DNA of 64,000 bases, from positions 32,001 to 96,000 of IMG/VR virus record IMGVR_UViG_3300044730_000313; one strand, written 5' to 3'. This stretch comes from a virus. Made by a program: the position numbers and the translations under genes. The notes beneath the pieces are model-generated. The model saw only the letters and a list, made by a program, of their open reading frames with translations, did no database searches and was not told the DNA's origin. Position 1 is the first letter of the stretch, and every line of letters starts with the position of its first letter. This document shows positions 11,401 to 20,700 of this stretch, one piece after another.

Positions 11401-14400
11401 GTTTAGTACCTGTAGGGTGTCACCATATTGCAGGACAGGTGTACCTCTTAACACATTGACAGGCAACCCGTTATGTATAATCTCACCAGTGATTGATATT
11501 AAAATCAAACCCTTGTTACCCACCTTATCTTCAGGAACTAACACCTCACCTACATGGTTTCTCTCAAAGGTTAATATAGGTTTACCCTCAGCATTACGAA
11601 CAGGACTACCGTTCTCATCTAGGAGAGGAACATCATTTACAATTGGAATACCACGAGATATACGGAAGTCATAGATGGTGAATGCTGTAGCAGGAGCACC
11701 CATAAGTTGCTCTCTGTATTTAGCCCAAGCTTCTGAATAAGCCTTAGCCTCAGCCTCTTGACCAGCTCTGTAACGAGGGTTGCCCTTGCTATCATTGAGC
11801 TCAGGAGTGGGCATTGTTTGGAACACCACCTTGTTCAGGTCCACTTGTGTTCCCACCTCGTTCATAGGATTACCAGCCTCATCTGCAAAGAATAGCTTGT
11901 TGCCCTTTTGGACAACAAACACTTGGGCTATAAATCCTGTGTCAGGCTTTCTAATTGTTGCATTGAACTCTTTCAGTTCAGCCTCAGTCATCTTGGTGGT
12001 GTCCACCTTGTATGACAGAGCAGCCAGTCCTGTAAGTCCTAGACCAGCTTCCTGATTAGGTGTAACAAGGATGGCTTTAACATTAGCCCTGTTCTTGTTA
12101 TTCTTCACATTGTTCAGGAACCTTCTAGAACGTATAACATGGGGAGCTGACTTAGCAGGATCGTTATAAGTTTCTGATTCTGTAATACCACCAGTGAATA
12201 GAATAGACACCTCTCTTTTAGCAGGTTCTCTTTCACCAAACTCTTGAGAGGAGTCAATAGTGGTGACACCACCAGAGTTTTTCTCAATCTCATCTTGCTG
12301 ACGTGTAAGTTCTTCTTTCTTCTCAATCAGTTTCTCCTGAGCAGTTTGGATTCTTTCATACCCAGCCATTTGTGTAGGCTTGATATTTTGTATGTTACCA
12401 GCAAGGTCTTCCACCTTTATTGTACCATCCTCATTGATAGCCAACACCTTAACCTTCTGTAGGTCTTGGATGTTCTCATTCATATCCTCTGCAGCTTGAT
12501 CAGCATCCTCTTTATTACCATAGAATGTGCTCTCACCGAGTGGGGACACCACCTCATAGCGATCATCTGCAATCTTTGTCACCTTGGCCAGTTTGAGACC
12601 GTCCAACTGATATTCTCTATCTGTTTGAGGAATCTCTTTAAGACCTGCTTTATTTACAAACTCTAAAGGTTTTTCCTCAACTGCTTCTTCTTCCTCTTTC
12701 ACTTCTTGTTCTTCTACAGCAGCCTCTTGTTCTTCACTCATCTTTTCAGCCTGCTCAAAGAATTTGTTAAACCCTCCCTCGGTGGACAAAGCATCAACAG
12801 ACGCTTGAGCATCTTTCTTATGCTGTAAGAGTCCATTTATATCAGCCCCTAGTTTGTATATTTGTTCAATCTTATCTGAAGGAACTTGTTGATCCTCAAT
12901 ACTTTGCTGTCCACTTAGCTCAAAGTTAAGCAGTGTTCCAAAGGTTTTGAGGTCAAGATTGTTGTTATTAAGGGCAAGGTTGATACGCTCAGAAAGTGTG
13001 CGTAGAGTTTTAATTTGATTCCTAATAGACTTTTTATCTGCAGGGCTTGTGAACTCAGTAATGGTTTCTCCTAACATTTTAGCCTTCTGTTCGTATATGG
13101 AAGAAAGTTCCTTCAGGCCAGTTCTATTAGTGAGGGAAGATGCTGTGTTATTATTAAGGAGGGGATTGATTGCCACTAAGTCTTGCTCAATGTTTTTCAA
13201 TCTACCATCAACATCAGAAGCTACAGTGGAATAGTAGGCTAGGTTAGTCTTCCATTCATTTACAGTGTCATGCTTGAAGTTCTCAATAGCTTCCTCTTCA
13301 GTTTTAGGATCGTCGTAAGATACAAATGGATTTCTAAATGACTCGTTAATAGAGGTGATTGTACTGTTCATTTCGTTAGCCTTCTCAATCAGGCTATCTA
13401 CATAACTTGAAACAGTCTTCTTATTTGTCTCACTGAAGTCCATTCCAAAGGTCTTGGTGAACTCAGCCTCATTCAAATCTTTTAACATCTTTAGCTGCTC
13501 AACGGTTACATCATGCATCCCGTTTCTTGAGCGAGAGTTAACAAGATTGAAGAACATGTCGTGCTTCAGATTCTTGTATTTGAATACATTACCAGAATCT
13601 ACAGCATCTTGCATCTCTTGAGCAATACCCTTAGCATTGAGTGTATCAGAGTATTGATCTTGCAACATTCCTGTTATACCATATCTATTCAACAGATTAA
13701 CAGCACTTTGTAAACGCTCGTTATCTGTAGGAACACCCATAGCACGTTGAACTCTATTTGACATGCCACCCATGATAACAGAAGAGATACCCCCAATCAC
13801 CATGTTCTTCAAGCCTTCTGAACTAGTGAATTGTTCTGACAGTCCCTCTATTGTAGCAGCCATAACCTCATTAGTGGTTCTCCAGTTGTCTAGATTCCCT
13901 TCATCTTTGAGGTTCTTATACTTTCTTGTGTAGTAGTCAAATGTACCCTTCTCAGCAGCAAACTGTCCACCCTCTTCATATACACCCTCTGTAAGAACAT
14001 TCTTTAGGGTGGGTTTTACATAGTCCCAAACTTTACCTGTAGCGGTCTTTGCCACTTGTCTTTCAAACACATCCAGTGATCCTTCAGCAAGTCTTACACC
14101 ACCAGGTCCAACAGCTATGCCTCTTGCAGCAGCTCTTGCAGCAGCAGGAGCAGTGAATGCTCTAAGTAGGCTTCCATACTGAACAGCGTTTGAAACTGTC
14201 AGAAGCGCCATGTTAATTCCAAATCTTACATTCCTAGCATCAGCTGCTGTTTGTTTTATTTCTTCCAGATCAGCTCCTCCTGGAGACTCACCGTTATTTT
14301 TAGCTTTATAATCGTTAATTAAAGCTTCTGTAATTGTATGTTCTCCATCAGCAGCTTCAATAGCAGCTTCTGTTCTAGCAGAATTAAATAAACCTAATCC

Positions 14401-15321
14401 CCACTTAGCACCACTTGTCACCTTAGCTCCTTGGGCAGCATAGGCCAATCCTTGTAGTGTAATTAGTTGATTAGGGTTGGCACCAGCCAGTCTAGCTGCA
14501 TTAAGGGCATCATCTATTTTAGATGTACCTGTAGCAAGTTTGCTAAGGTAGACAGAAGTTTTACCAAGAGCACTGGTTACACCAGCTCCAAGTCTAGCAA
14601 GCTGAGCTCCTATCACTGGAAGTGTTGCAGCTCCTCCAGTGGCTGCTGTAATAGCAAGATCTGTTACAATAGCATTACCAATTGCACCCACTCCAAAGAA
14701 TAAGTTCTTGATTACACCATCTCCCCAGAAGTTTGCAGAACCTCTCGTGAATGGTATAACACCAGCCATTGGATTCTCACGTTCATACTTATCAATATAG
14801 TTTGGAAGAAGATCCTCAAATTGTCTTAGGTTCTCACTGATGTCTTTTTCCCATCCGTATTGTTTGGAAACCTCATCATATGATCCTTTTCTAATTGCAT
14901 CTATTCCATGAGGAATGCTAGCAAAACCTTGCAAGAAGGTTCCGCCCATTGTTCCAAGTCCTTTTACAACACCATTTGTAAGTTTATCAAGAGGACCTTG
15001 GTTCTGTGCATGTAAATCCTCCAGATCAATACCTCTGTCATACACATTGTATCGTCTGGAAGCATCGTTCAGTTCTGATTGAAAAACAAATTGACTAGGA
15101 GATCCAAATCCAAAGTCACGCTTTGGAATACTAGATAGCTGTTTAATCTCTTCTAAAGATATCCCACCTCTTGCAGGATTAGGATCAGCATACCCACCAA
15201 ATTTAGATGGACCTGGTATGTTAATATCCGAAGAGTAGGGAGAACTTAAATAGGAATTTATCCTAGGAAGATTTCCAGGTTGACGGAGATCACGCAATAA
15301 TTCTTCATCAAAAAGAGGCAT
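2449..15321 (-). CDS. Virion-packaged RNA polymerase polyprotein (crAss-like, 4290 aa)
   Basis: GSDFDIDKL (DFDID at 5284-5298) preceded by GFRIPTQ, the motif pair of crAss-like virion RNAPs such as phi14:2 gp66. Ala/Gly-rich hydrophobic N-terminal region; zincin-like HEIFE...ERIADDF segment. Confidence 0.9.
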   Translation of the reverse strand: MPLFDEELLRDLRQPGNLPRINSYLSSPYSSDINIPGPSKFGGYADPNPARGGISLEEIKQLSSIPKRDFGFGSPSQFVFQSELNDASRRYNVYDRGIDLEDLHAQNQGPLDKLTNGVVKGLGTMGGTFLQGFASIPHGIDAIRKGSYDEVSKQYGWEKDISENLRQFEDLLPNYIDKYERENPMAGVIPFTRGSANFWGDGVIKNLFFGVGAIGNAIVTDLAITAATGGAATLPVIGAQLARLGAGVTSALGKTSVYLSKLATGTSKIDDALNAARLAGANPNQLITLQGLAYAAQGAKVTSGAKWGLGLFNSARTEAAIEAADGEHTITEALINDYKAKNNGESPGGADLEEIKQTAADARNVRFGINMALLTVSNAVQYGSLLRAFTAPAAARAAARGIAVGPGGVRLAEGSLDVFERQVAKTATGKVWDYVKPTLKNVLTEGVYEEGGQFAAEKGTFDYYTRKYKNLKDEGNLDNWRTTNEVMAATIEGLSEQFTSSEGLKNMVIGGISSVIMGGMSNRVQRAMGVPTDNERLQSAVNLLNRYGITGMLQDQYSDTLNAKGIAQEMQDAVDSGNVFKYKNLKHDMFFNLVNSRSRNGMHDVTVEQLKMLKDLNEAEFTKTFGMDFSETNKKTVSSYVDSLIEKANEMNSTITSINESFRNPFVSYDDPKTEEEAIENFKHDTVNEWKTNLAYYSTVASDVDGRLKNIEQDLVAINPLLNNNTASSLTNRTGLKELSSIYEQKAKMLGETITEFTSPADKKSIRNQIKTLRTLSERINLALNNNNLDLKTFGTLLNFELSGQQSIEDQQVPSDKIEQIYKLGADINGLLQHKKDAQASVDALSTEGGFNKFFEQAEKMSEEQEAAVEEQEVKEEEEAVEEKPLEFVNKAGLKEIPQTDREYQLDGLKLAKVTKIADDRYEVVSPLGESTFYGNKEDADQAAEDMNENIQDLQKVKVLAINEDGTIKVEDLAGNIQNIKPTQMAGYERIQTAQEKLIEKKEELTRQQDEIEKNSGGVTTIDSSQEFGEREPAKREVSILFTGGITESETYNDPAKSAPHVIRSRRFLNNVKNNKNRANVKAILVTPNQEAGLGLTGLAALSYKVDTTKMTEAELKEFNATIRKPDTGFIAQVFVVQKGNKLFFADEAGNPMNEVGTQVDLNKVVFQTMPTPELNDSKGNPRYRAGQEAEAKAYSEAWAKYREQLMGAPATAFTIYDFRISRGIPIVNDVPLLDENGSPVRNAEGKPILTFERNHVGEVLVPEDKVGNKGLILISITGEIIHNGLPVNVLRGTPVLQYGDTLQVLNNRAFNKAEAKTIFRLLSELSKGFALNSNLEESYVNFLQNVLHWKQGKSPSKNQVYINPDTMELRIAGKDIPLSEVADREAEIMEELQKTFSNVNNKTIFSDYAFTEYFIDQNDQIASREWPSYNSYLLSASYPDGSKRSVKETPLFTSVSKPTASIPYSYMQKYAVLEGLELDVQYTAPAQQAAAQGVPTVDGYVLDGKTTGIYSLRKEFGDVEFTASVEPNGSVTVELVDSQLTKDTLARIAKNKDLINNQIVPQLKELGIYDPVRDVEKTDEEIAGDYVSLVAATSLGQKLKEKPAAAPVAPTAAPVSNTDLSNIESFETSKGSVYTVLPDGKVERFKTAANEKHEPAELIVFVKFDNSDQEEDFLSAQNRQGGMKLYVIDAEGNIYNKNSEVAGKNVKLAIIKDDKVLAAIDASTEPKIGYNTFDQRRFEKDGEKYRSTHLGNDVTKINYKSPAAPVSDKKAEIEERKKQDLAKLDTLKKEIGDAFSGHSSTNDLLQAIGKFFVNNFGWKFEGNRGYSIYVSKERNRTELDINGLEVNLPEGSTVGIMGGSHYARFTPQEIIEAKYDAELAALEGAKPGQPYNNKGTTGPSTDFRVIAKGEKKEDKIDNLDLAEFRKWHAANVPGIPFEILENIIRRNPDITAWGVFENGVAKFYRSATRGTEYHEIFEGIWKGFLSPGERQDLLNEFKGQSGTFRDRASGRDIEYAAATDKEAKERIADDFADFRLGKLPARSLKELMLRFFRSIMNFFKNFNAKPTLKQQLFEAIDMGKFKESVLPDTVKNEAAEYKEIEGLSEQQAQKFVEDMTARVAGLVFLKAKKFLYSPQKLTGKQIFGEVEEMYLREGETPGWTGVNKRTKLGDARWNALVQRTKEKLRTMGVNFDIEDRPSLNNEETNKNDYAPEPFTVDVKKSSSFDVKFTLATLFKAKAMDQSNSLTLEMPEAQIDPEVLGYKLLNFSTAFATLLERLSNTSGVNNTMDKLIELAANDSDYVRMFTRLGGKKDKSVPYGNFKAEDWRFFINFIQTFTRQRPDAMVQRVAGGQTFTTSANIQTAARQQVDTWVTNMKVLARTDKGAVFYNAKTETYKASVDKIKEMTIESPKKMIEFLNQIGVTFDMDTYKKLKTYGGDKSQKSQFANAVKDIRAFLQKANDLVSISGQTLGITTQLNTLGRLYVNANNPNQDITYFGIERKRMQAYIDNNTSSVFENEFNESATLDELLEKRPELKDIFSTNSQILKKGGLYFDKEGNRIREIKVMTIQGVDDSDAGDSKSISKLGLGEGLSLEINQNLNGNYYILIPADSSTEWMMNVGNQVSYQEFVDGKAWNKIYKIYKGYLMDDIALARDFKNRGKLKNVKERAKELRFFNDILRPKTLNELNSMIADKSVSMDEITKYVNENQESINQDVAAFIDGIATKTMNLLRSNSQISYVEGGVFWESLDNGFARENKIDKNKPIIEDVAKQILLFRTANYTISNIEYHKMLFGDPLQFSTEDGKFDETKRIKSFLSPRKTTFDMAEFDNFLNDNMNEVAGIMLQPGDPGYYNHKAYTRTVTLVDPKIASVLANTIPAYVGIKEADAASWLMDNTFREIKLKNGQWSDEAENFHQWQMAYTRKKLAAKGKYTYRSPELKAYDEKLTSTPSPKYTLEVLKPIVSGVKYNANNINLVLDKFSQMPIYYSMVEGKSLEKFYIQMLEQGYGYAIVESGRKVGAEGLHNLYNPNGTFNEEVFNNFVDVPWKAYGIQVENIYDEGKEQTRGSQPTKLVSIDLFANGQVFAATGQRAEYIKELYKRNVRDLDRMHVNAYNRLLKKLGIIDNGQGFTLEDKQALSELLVYEMFRRELSENAKDTVRLNEEDEFNIPFEASPSYVQIRNIIYSMINKAILSPSMGGKPLVQAPVTMWENAEKGRSLVQKTDEGWKKISREAYEALDDSKKKKVRMTSDTLKFYTKDQPYMEVLLPHWFKDKLAAKKFKTEEELLNYINNSPDGAKILRGIGFRIPTQSLSSIDSFKVVGFLPQYMGDTVIVPTELVTKAGSDFDIDKLNTYLRNVYVDATGNLRLVKYKGSEEATKEFFTKVYEDTIQTEIDRIEKFEEFRDKLYDVLFKMEGLQDYSSESITAVLDEQEIDFFRNHKNLFKEIVKQAADANVDASEYVAQQVENLADKKTKLTKKILNDKLKTEFVEDMYKRSLENEYYDSFEELLTLPENRQRLLSPVGDGGLKEIALEIEDLTNDREADVKNKILDPNYMATLRHAFLTAKRWVGIGAVNITNQSLSQKVTVIMDPERIKDSPAFDQKFLGDGTLLLPHNKVTINGKEYISMSGVMDADNKLYISDGLSGYITSFVDVAKDPYIMKIIRSDKAVGTFMLMQRIGVPIRTAALFMNQPIIKQYLELVEGTGSRGLFRAANMKNIRNRFPVKDKDQQTVEVAKTIDTEALAENIREFANNGKLSTLKKNAEQQLIFDQFLRLAMMAKYNFSFTQAINFDTTKFKSSDALGRKIMKSDIAKETNIFTSPEEVLNNSHIGLQKRILDMSDDAVGSIFVLDQDRFRGITDKILDQYKRKEYMSEDDYARTANKIRASFLDYIIQTKTGLNAAIKPLLIDANTSVATRLAEAKTLYANELPILRQLEVRFNRDNGIHTVMLMANVKDAASENMYIGMMRELRNNPKTNQLYKDLITLSILQGTYQTGVSIKNIIPIEDYSAIVAPVIGGLQVTEDMDAFADGMFQRNNWDDNNVFYPVREVFFKTTADRPTFSDIAGEEVYEYYSPVFPNNEALKIKSSDRKILYLDENYDNEAINSGDYVKIRRIVANKNGGELVDVLKGVGVSGKAYAFMKKAGNPILTQVLGYQKVTYPDGTPVTIGVKNYKNEIENKYVYKLINLYGEGAFGSEYYTDFKPSVVDNNTLRIKNEIPNADIIAALSQNIKVDDIVQQSPTPTTATKITTPSGKLKLKDGKEYLISDINADLLEKIGYKPKEIGKLLKSIC
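10018..10487. repeat. Identical 17-bp direct repeat AGAAACAGGAGCTGCTG (10018-10034, 10471-10487) encoding AAPVS, bracketing an AT-rich domain
   Basis: Read directly from the sequence. Confidence 0.9.
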
Positions 15322-15324
15322 GTC

Positions 15325-17682
15325 TTAGTTGTTTTTCTGATTAAAAGCCTGTACAGTTCTAGGACCGATTTGTTGTAGAACGGTGCCTAAAACATCCTCA
15401 TTAACATAGTCAGAAAGTTCTCCTTTCTTCCAGTTACCATTTTGCAAACTGTACATTATCACCTTGAATCTATCAAAGGGTCCACCGTTATTATCTTTAG
15501 ATCCTTCTATATCAATCCTTGTTGTAACATCAAAACCTGTTCCTACAAGACCTGGGATTTCAAATCCAAACATTCTAGCTCCTGCAGGGTTTCTATCTCC
15601 AAAGGAATTTGTTGTTTTTGTATCTGATTGAAGAACTTCTCTTTTTATCTCACCAATAGGGTTGGTGTAAGAAAACCTAGGGAAGTGCATCATCATCTCT
15701 TGGGCAGATAAAGGAAGTACTTGTTTTGTTACTGTTTTCTTAGACCCTTCACCACTAACAACATTTACAGTGAGCACTCCAGAACCGTCAGCATTCTTTT
15801 GTAATACAGGTACAGTTTTCTTAACATCCTCTGCTGCTACTGTTAAAGCGGCCTCGCTAGCTGTAGCATCTGTTCCCAAAGTTCCCAATCTCAACTGTTG
15901 AAGTTTATTAGATAGTATATTCCTAAGCGCTTTTTCTGTGGCTTTTCCTTCTGGGTTTAAGCCAGCATACTGACCACCACGTTGTACAGCAAGTCTTTGT
16001 GCAATATAGTCAGCCTCAAAATTCACTTGTTTTTCTGCAGCTTCAGCAGCACTAAGAGGTCCAAGTTTTTCAACTTCTCTTTGAGCCCAAGTTGTAGCTG
16101 AGTTTCCAAGATTACTTATGTTATCGTATTGACTTTCAATGTTTTTTCTAGCTTTGATGTAGTTGAGAGCGTCACTGTTTTTAAGCTGTGTTGGGTTTGC
16201 TAGATAGTCCATGTATAATACATCTAAGGCATCCTTCCTAGCATTACCTTTTAAGTTGGGGAATATTCTAGCTCCATAATCATTATTTAATGATCCAACA
16301 CCTAAGAGCATTTGTTGCCTAGCGTCTGTCTTAATCTCATCAGATGTAAACCTAACATCTTTAGGATCTAAAGGAAGCGGATAGGTTGCAGGATTATCTT
16401 TCTCTGCCTCATCTAAAAGCTCTTGTTTCTTTTCAGTGAGTTCAACAGCCCATTTTTGTTCTGCAAGATTTTGTGCTCTTTGTGCAAGACCTAGTCTTGC
16501 TTGTTGCATACTAGCACTAAACTCAAACTTCTTCTTATCAAAAAGGGCTCTCCAAATAGGATTGCTTACAATTTGTTCCTCACGATTAACTATCTGTAAG
16601 TCTTGAGATAGGTTGGTAAGGGTTTTCTCTGTATACACTTTATACTTATAGTCATTTAGGTCTGCTACATTTTCTATTGCTGTAGCACCCTGTGTATACA
16701 TCTTTTCAAATGACCCATCTGTTAGCTTAGCATTTCCCGTTGCTATGGCAGCCTCGTATTGTGCCACTTGATCAGCAGTGAGCTTGTCATTCTTTTCAAG
16801 CTCAACAGACATGTCTACAACATTGTCATGAAGCAGTTTCTTCTGACTGCTAACAGTGGTATACAAATCATTTATAAGGCTTTGTTTTGTAACACCCTTA
16901 TAATGATATCTTGCATCAATCATTAGTTGACGCTTGTCATTCTCTGTAAGGCTGCTCATGAAGTTGTTCAAAATCCTCTGGGCTGTAATGCCAGAGGTTT
17001 TGATACGTTGCATGGTTAGATCAAGTTCTTTCTGTCCACCACCAGATGGGTCAGTGGAAGCACTTATCACTCTACCTTGAGCATCCTTCTTGAAGAATAA
17101 GACATTACCTTTATCATCTGTCTTCCAGGGAATATCGGCAGAACTCTTTTCCTCTTTAAGCTTTTCATAAACCTTTCTTAACTTCTCATCCATGTTTGTA
17201 TAGGAAACATACTCACCTGTAAATAGGCTATTAACGTTCCCATCATTCAACCAACTGTTTTTCTGTTCTAGATAATAGTCTTCGTTTTGAACAGATGACT
17301 TACCTTCTTGTTTAGCCTTGTCTAGGATAGCATCTTGATTCTTAATCCTTTGTGTAGAAAGTACAGCGTTCTGGATGGTGGGGTCCTTGATAATTTGGTT
17401 CACCATTCCACCAACAGAGTTGACTAATTGGAAGTTAGAGAAGTCCCCAGCAGCTACAGTTTTGAGGTTGTTTCCAAGCTCATTGAGTTTAGACTGCAAA
17501 TACATCTTATGTAGGGGCTTAGAAATATCCAGTCCAGCAACAGTATCTATCTGAGACTGAATCTTTTGGATGCCCTCATCATAGCGCTTCTGTTTCTCCA
17601 TGCCCACCTGCACCATTGCCTCTACGGGCAATTGTTGCACATACGGGTTAAACTGGGGTATTATATCGGTAAATGAAGCCAT
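15325..17682 (-). CDS. Virion cargo/ejected protein (785 aa)
   Basis: Helical/coiled-coil-like ORF immediately upstream of the RNAP gene, matching crAss-like gene order. Confidence 0.6.
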   Translation of the reverse strand: MASFTDIIPQFNPYVQQLPVEAMVQVGMEKQKRYDEGIQKIQSQIDTVAGLDISKPLHKMYLQSKLNELGNNLKTVAAGDFSNFQLVNSVGGMVNQIIKDPTIQNAVLSTQRIKNQDAILDKAKQEGKSSVQNEDYYLEQKNSWLNDGNVNSLFTGEYVSYTNMDEKLRKVYEKLKEEKSSADIPWKTDDKGNVLFFKKDAQGRVISASTDPSGGGQKELDLTMQRIKTSGITAQRILNNFMSSLTENDKRQLMIDARYHYKGVTKQSLINDLYTTVSSQKKLLHDNVVDMSVELEKNDKLTADQVAQYEAAIATGNAKLTDGSFEKMYTQGATAIENVADLNDYKYKVYTEKTLTNLSQDLQIVNREEQIVSNPIWRALFDKKKFEFSASMQQARLGLAQRAQNLAEQKWAVELTEKKQELLDEAEKDNPATYPLPLDPKDVRFTSDEIKTDARQQMLLGVGSLNNDYGARIFPNLKGNARKDALDVLYMDYLANPTQLKNSDALNYIKARKNIESQYDNISNLGNSATTWAQREVEKLGPLSAAEAAEKQVNFEADYIAQRLAVQRGGQYAGLNPEGKATEKALRNILSNKLQQLRLGTLGTDATASEAALTVAAEDVKKTVPVLQKNADGSGVLTVNVVSGEGSKKTVTKQVLPLSAQEMMMHFPRFSYTNPIGEIKREVLQSDTKTTNSFGDRNPAGARMFGFEIPGLVGTGFDVTTRIDIEGSKDNNGGPFDRFKVIMYSLQNGNWKKGELSDYVNEDVLGTVLQQIGPRTVQAFNQKNN

Positions 17683-17697
17683 GACACATTAAGTTAG

Positions 17698-17729
17698 CAA
17701 ATGTAATATGAATAATTATAATTTCCAAG
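17698..17729 (-). promoter_or_regulatory. Bacteroidota housekeeping-sigma-type promoter CTTG-N20-TACATTTG
   Basis: Matches the -33 TTTG / -7 TAnnTTTG consensus, 15 nt upstream of the 785-aa gene start. Confidence 0.7.
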
Positions 17730-17734
17730 AGCTA

Positions 17735-17772
17735 TAACGAGTTTTGGTAAATCGCTATAACTGAATCAGTTA
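17735..17772. promoter_or_regulatory. Tandem TAAC-N7-GTTA palindromic boxes
   Basis: TAACGAGTTTTGGTA (17735-17749, one mismatch) and TAACTGAATCAGTTA (17758-17772); same arrangement at 32404-32440. Confidence 0.55.
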
Positions 17773-20700
17773 GAGATTTTTGAAAGCTTTGACCACTGAG
17801 CTATTTAGGCTCTTCTTTTTGCTCACACTTATTCCTTTTCTCCCACCTCTTTTGTATTGTTCTTCTATCTCCTCCGCTGTAAACATTTGATCATCAAGCT
17901 CTTGTTCAGTGATTGGGGCAGGGGCTTGAACTGCAGGTGCTGAAGGAGCTGCTGCTGGAACTTTTCCTTGTGAAACAATTGGAGGTGTGGCAGTAGTACC
18001 AGGAGCCATTACTTGGTACTGCTTTCCATCAGGACCAACATACACTGTAGGTATCTGAGGTTGGAAAGGAGCGTTCATATTGATGGTTCTGAAGCGTGGG
18101 TCATAGCGGAAGTTGTACAGATTCTCGTATGTGGCTAACTTCCTGTTTTCCAATTGGTTACGCATGAACTTATCTCCAATAGAACTCAAGGCAGACTGTG
18201 TAATAGCTTTAGTCTTAGACTTGGCAGTTTCTTGTCTTACGTACTGTCTGTCTAGTATTTCTAGGTTTTTCAGACCGAACTCATTCAAGAGGTTTCTATT
18301 CTCTCTGTATACAGCATCCTTCATAGCCTGATTAGCTCTGAACTGCTCACCTAGCACCTTTTGGTTAGCTGCATACTTTTGAGCGTTTAGCATAGACTGA
18401 GCAGCAGGGTTATATCCCAGCATCCTTTGTTGTGATCTGAAGGCAGCTTCGTTCTCATTCAAAATATCCTGATAGGATATATCATAAGGAACAGACAGCT
18501 GAGGTTGGAGTGTTTGAGCCTGTACAGGTTCTAACTGGTTATTAGCCAAGGCATACATCTCACCAATCAATTGTCTTGGATCAAGTTCTTCTGTATCTGT
18601 AGGTCTAACGTAAGGAAGCACCTGACCGATTATATCCAATAAGGGATTTCTCTTATAAGGAGTGATGGGAATGACAGATGGACGTGCGGTTGTTTTATCA
18701 TCTGTAGTGGTAGCAGTGGTCTTCTTCTCAACATTAAGCTCACCTGAAGCAATACTAGTTGGAGTTTTCTTTGGTAGAGCAGCAATGTATTGTTCAGTGC
18801 GAGGACCAAAGAACATATCTAAGTTGGTGTCAAGAATCTCATCTGTTGAAAGCTTCTTTAGGTCATCTAAAGAATTGATACCCTTTGCTTTAGCTCTTGC
18901 TGTTACAGTGCCAGCATCCAAGATTATTTTCTTAGCAATGTCAGGGAAATACGCATGGTATCTCTTTTGAAGCTCTAATATATATGGATTTTTCTTTCCT
19001 GGATTCTGAGCATTTGCTGCTTTAGCTTTTTCATACAGCTCCATTATTTGTCTCACCTTTGCCTCTTCAGTGGTGGCAATTGGATAGTCTGATGCATCAG
19101 CTACATCTGCAGCAATAGTATTTACAACAGGTGCTGCAGCAGCTCTTGTAGACAATGGAACTACCGCTGGAGTTATCACTTCTTCTTCTGTATCAGGAAA
19201 ATCTATAGGTGCTGCAACAGGAGCGAACGGAACAGTAGCTTTTGCAGGAGCTGCTGCAGGAGCTGTTTGTTGCATTTGTTGAGCTGTTGCTTTTGGAAGC
19301 GATGGTACTGACATAGGAATTCCTAAAGGACCAGTTGCTCCTGAGGGAAGCATCATCTTCATTGCGGGAGCCACTTGTCGTGCAGTTCTTGAAACTCCAA
19401 GAACAGGTGACAATATAGGTCCAAATAATCCTCCAAATTGAGCGTTTTGTTTTATAGCCTTCTTGTCCATCTTCACTTTACCTCTAGCCAAATCATCAGC
19501 AACCAATCCCATTTCTTCAGCTGTATCATTGATGGCATTCTGCAAGGATGCAGCAGTCATCTTCTTATCTGCAAGCTCTTTGAGTTTTTGATTAGCTCCT
19601 AACATAGTGTATTGCAAGGAGTTGAGTGTCATTTTATCTATAGGCGTGCTCACCTCAAAGTCTTCTAACATCTGCGTTGCTTTATCAAGCTTTTTGTTCT
19701 GCTTGTTCTCTTTCTTAGATAGATCAGCCACATAGGTTTTGAACTTCTTACCCTTAGCCTCTTCTCCAAGCATTGGAATATAAGACTTAGGTATCTTGAG
19801 ATTACCAAACACTACAAGGTTAGAATCACCACTTGTGCCATCTTGTAGCTTTACAGCAGGTTCACCTCTTTCCACCTCTACAGGGTTCTCACCATAGGTG
19901 ATACCAATACCAGTGTTTCCTCTTCCATCAGACTCATCGTGGGATTGACCTCTGAACATGATAGTTTCACCACCATCTGGTAGATAGGGATTCTGAGACA
20001 TTGTTTCTGCATATCCACCCCAGTGTGTCTGGAGCTCTCCACCCATTTGCATAGCTGGTCTTTCTGTAGACATAGCTCGTGCACTAGGAGGAGTGTAGGC
20101 TTTCAGGTGACCACCAGCTCTGAGCATATCTGCATCATGAGGAGGCTTTAGAAGGTCTTTTACATTGTGCCCTCCAAAGGATACAATCTTCTGTGGTTGC
20201 CATGTATGACTTACCCATTTGTATGGAGATGTCATTCCACCATCTTCCATGTTAGCACCAAACTGTTGCTGAACACCTATTCCAAAGTTTTGTCCTACAA
20301 TTTTGTTTATGTTTTGTCTAGACAAATCTTGTTGATTCTCAATCTTTTTCTCTTGTAGTCTATCAATTGCAGACCCTATGAACCTAGTTGCAAAACCGAT
20401 GGGTCCACCAAACAAACTACCAACACTACCAAGCACCTCACTATATCCACCAGTTGTACCTCCTCCAGCAATGTTAGCAAGTTGTTGACCTTGTGAACTT
20501 CCCAAAGCATCCATAAATGCTCCACCACCAGCAGCCTTATGCAGCTTACCACCATGATAGAATTGCTTGTAACGCTCACTATCATTCAAGGGTTCATATC
20601 CAAGATTGTCATAAAGTGTACCAGGAGCATAGGTGTTCATGATTTCTCCACCCCCTACAGATGCTCCAAACTCAGCAAGCACATTTGTACCTACGCCATA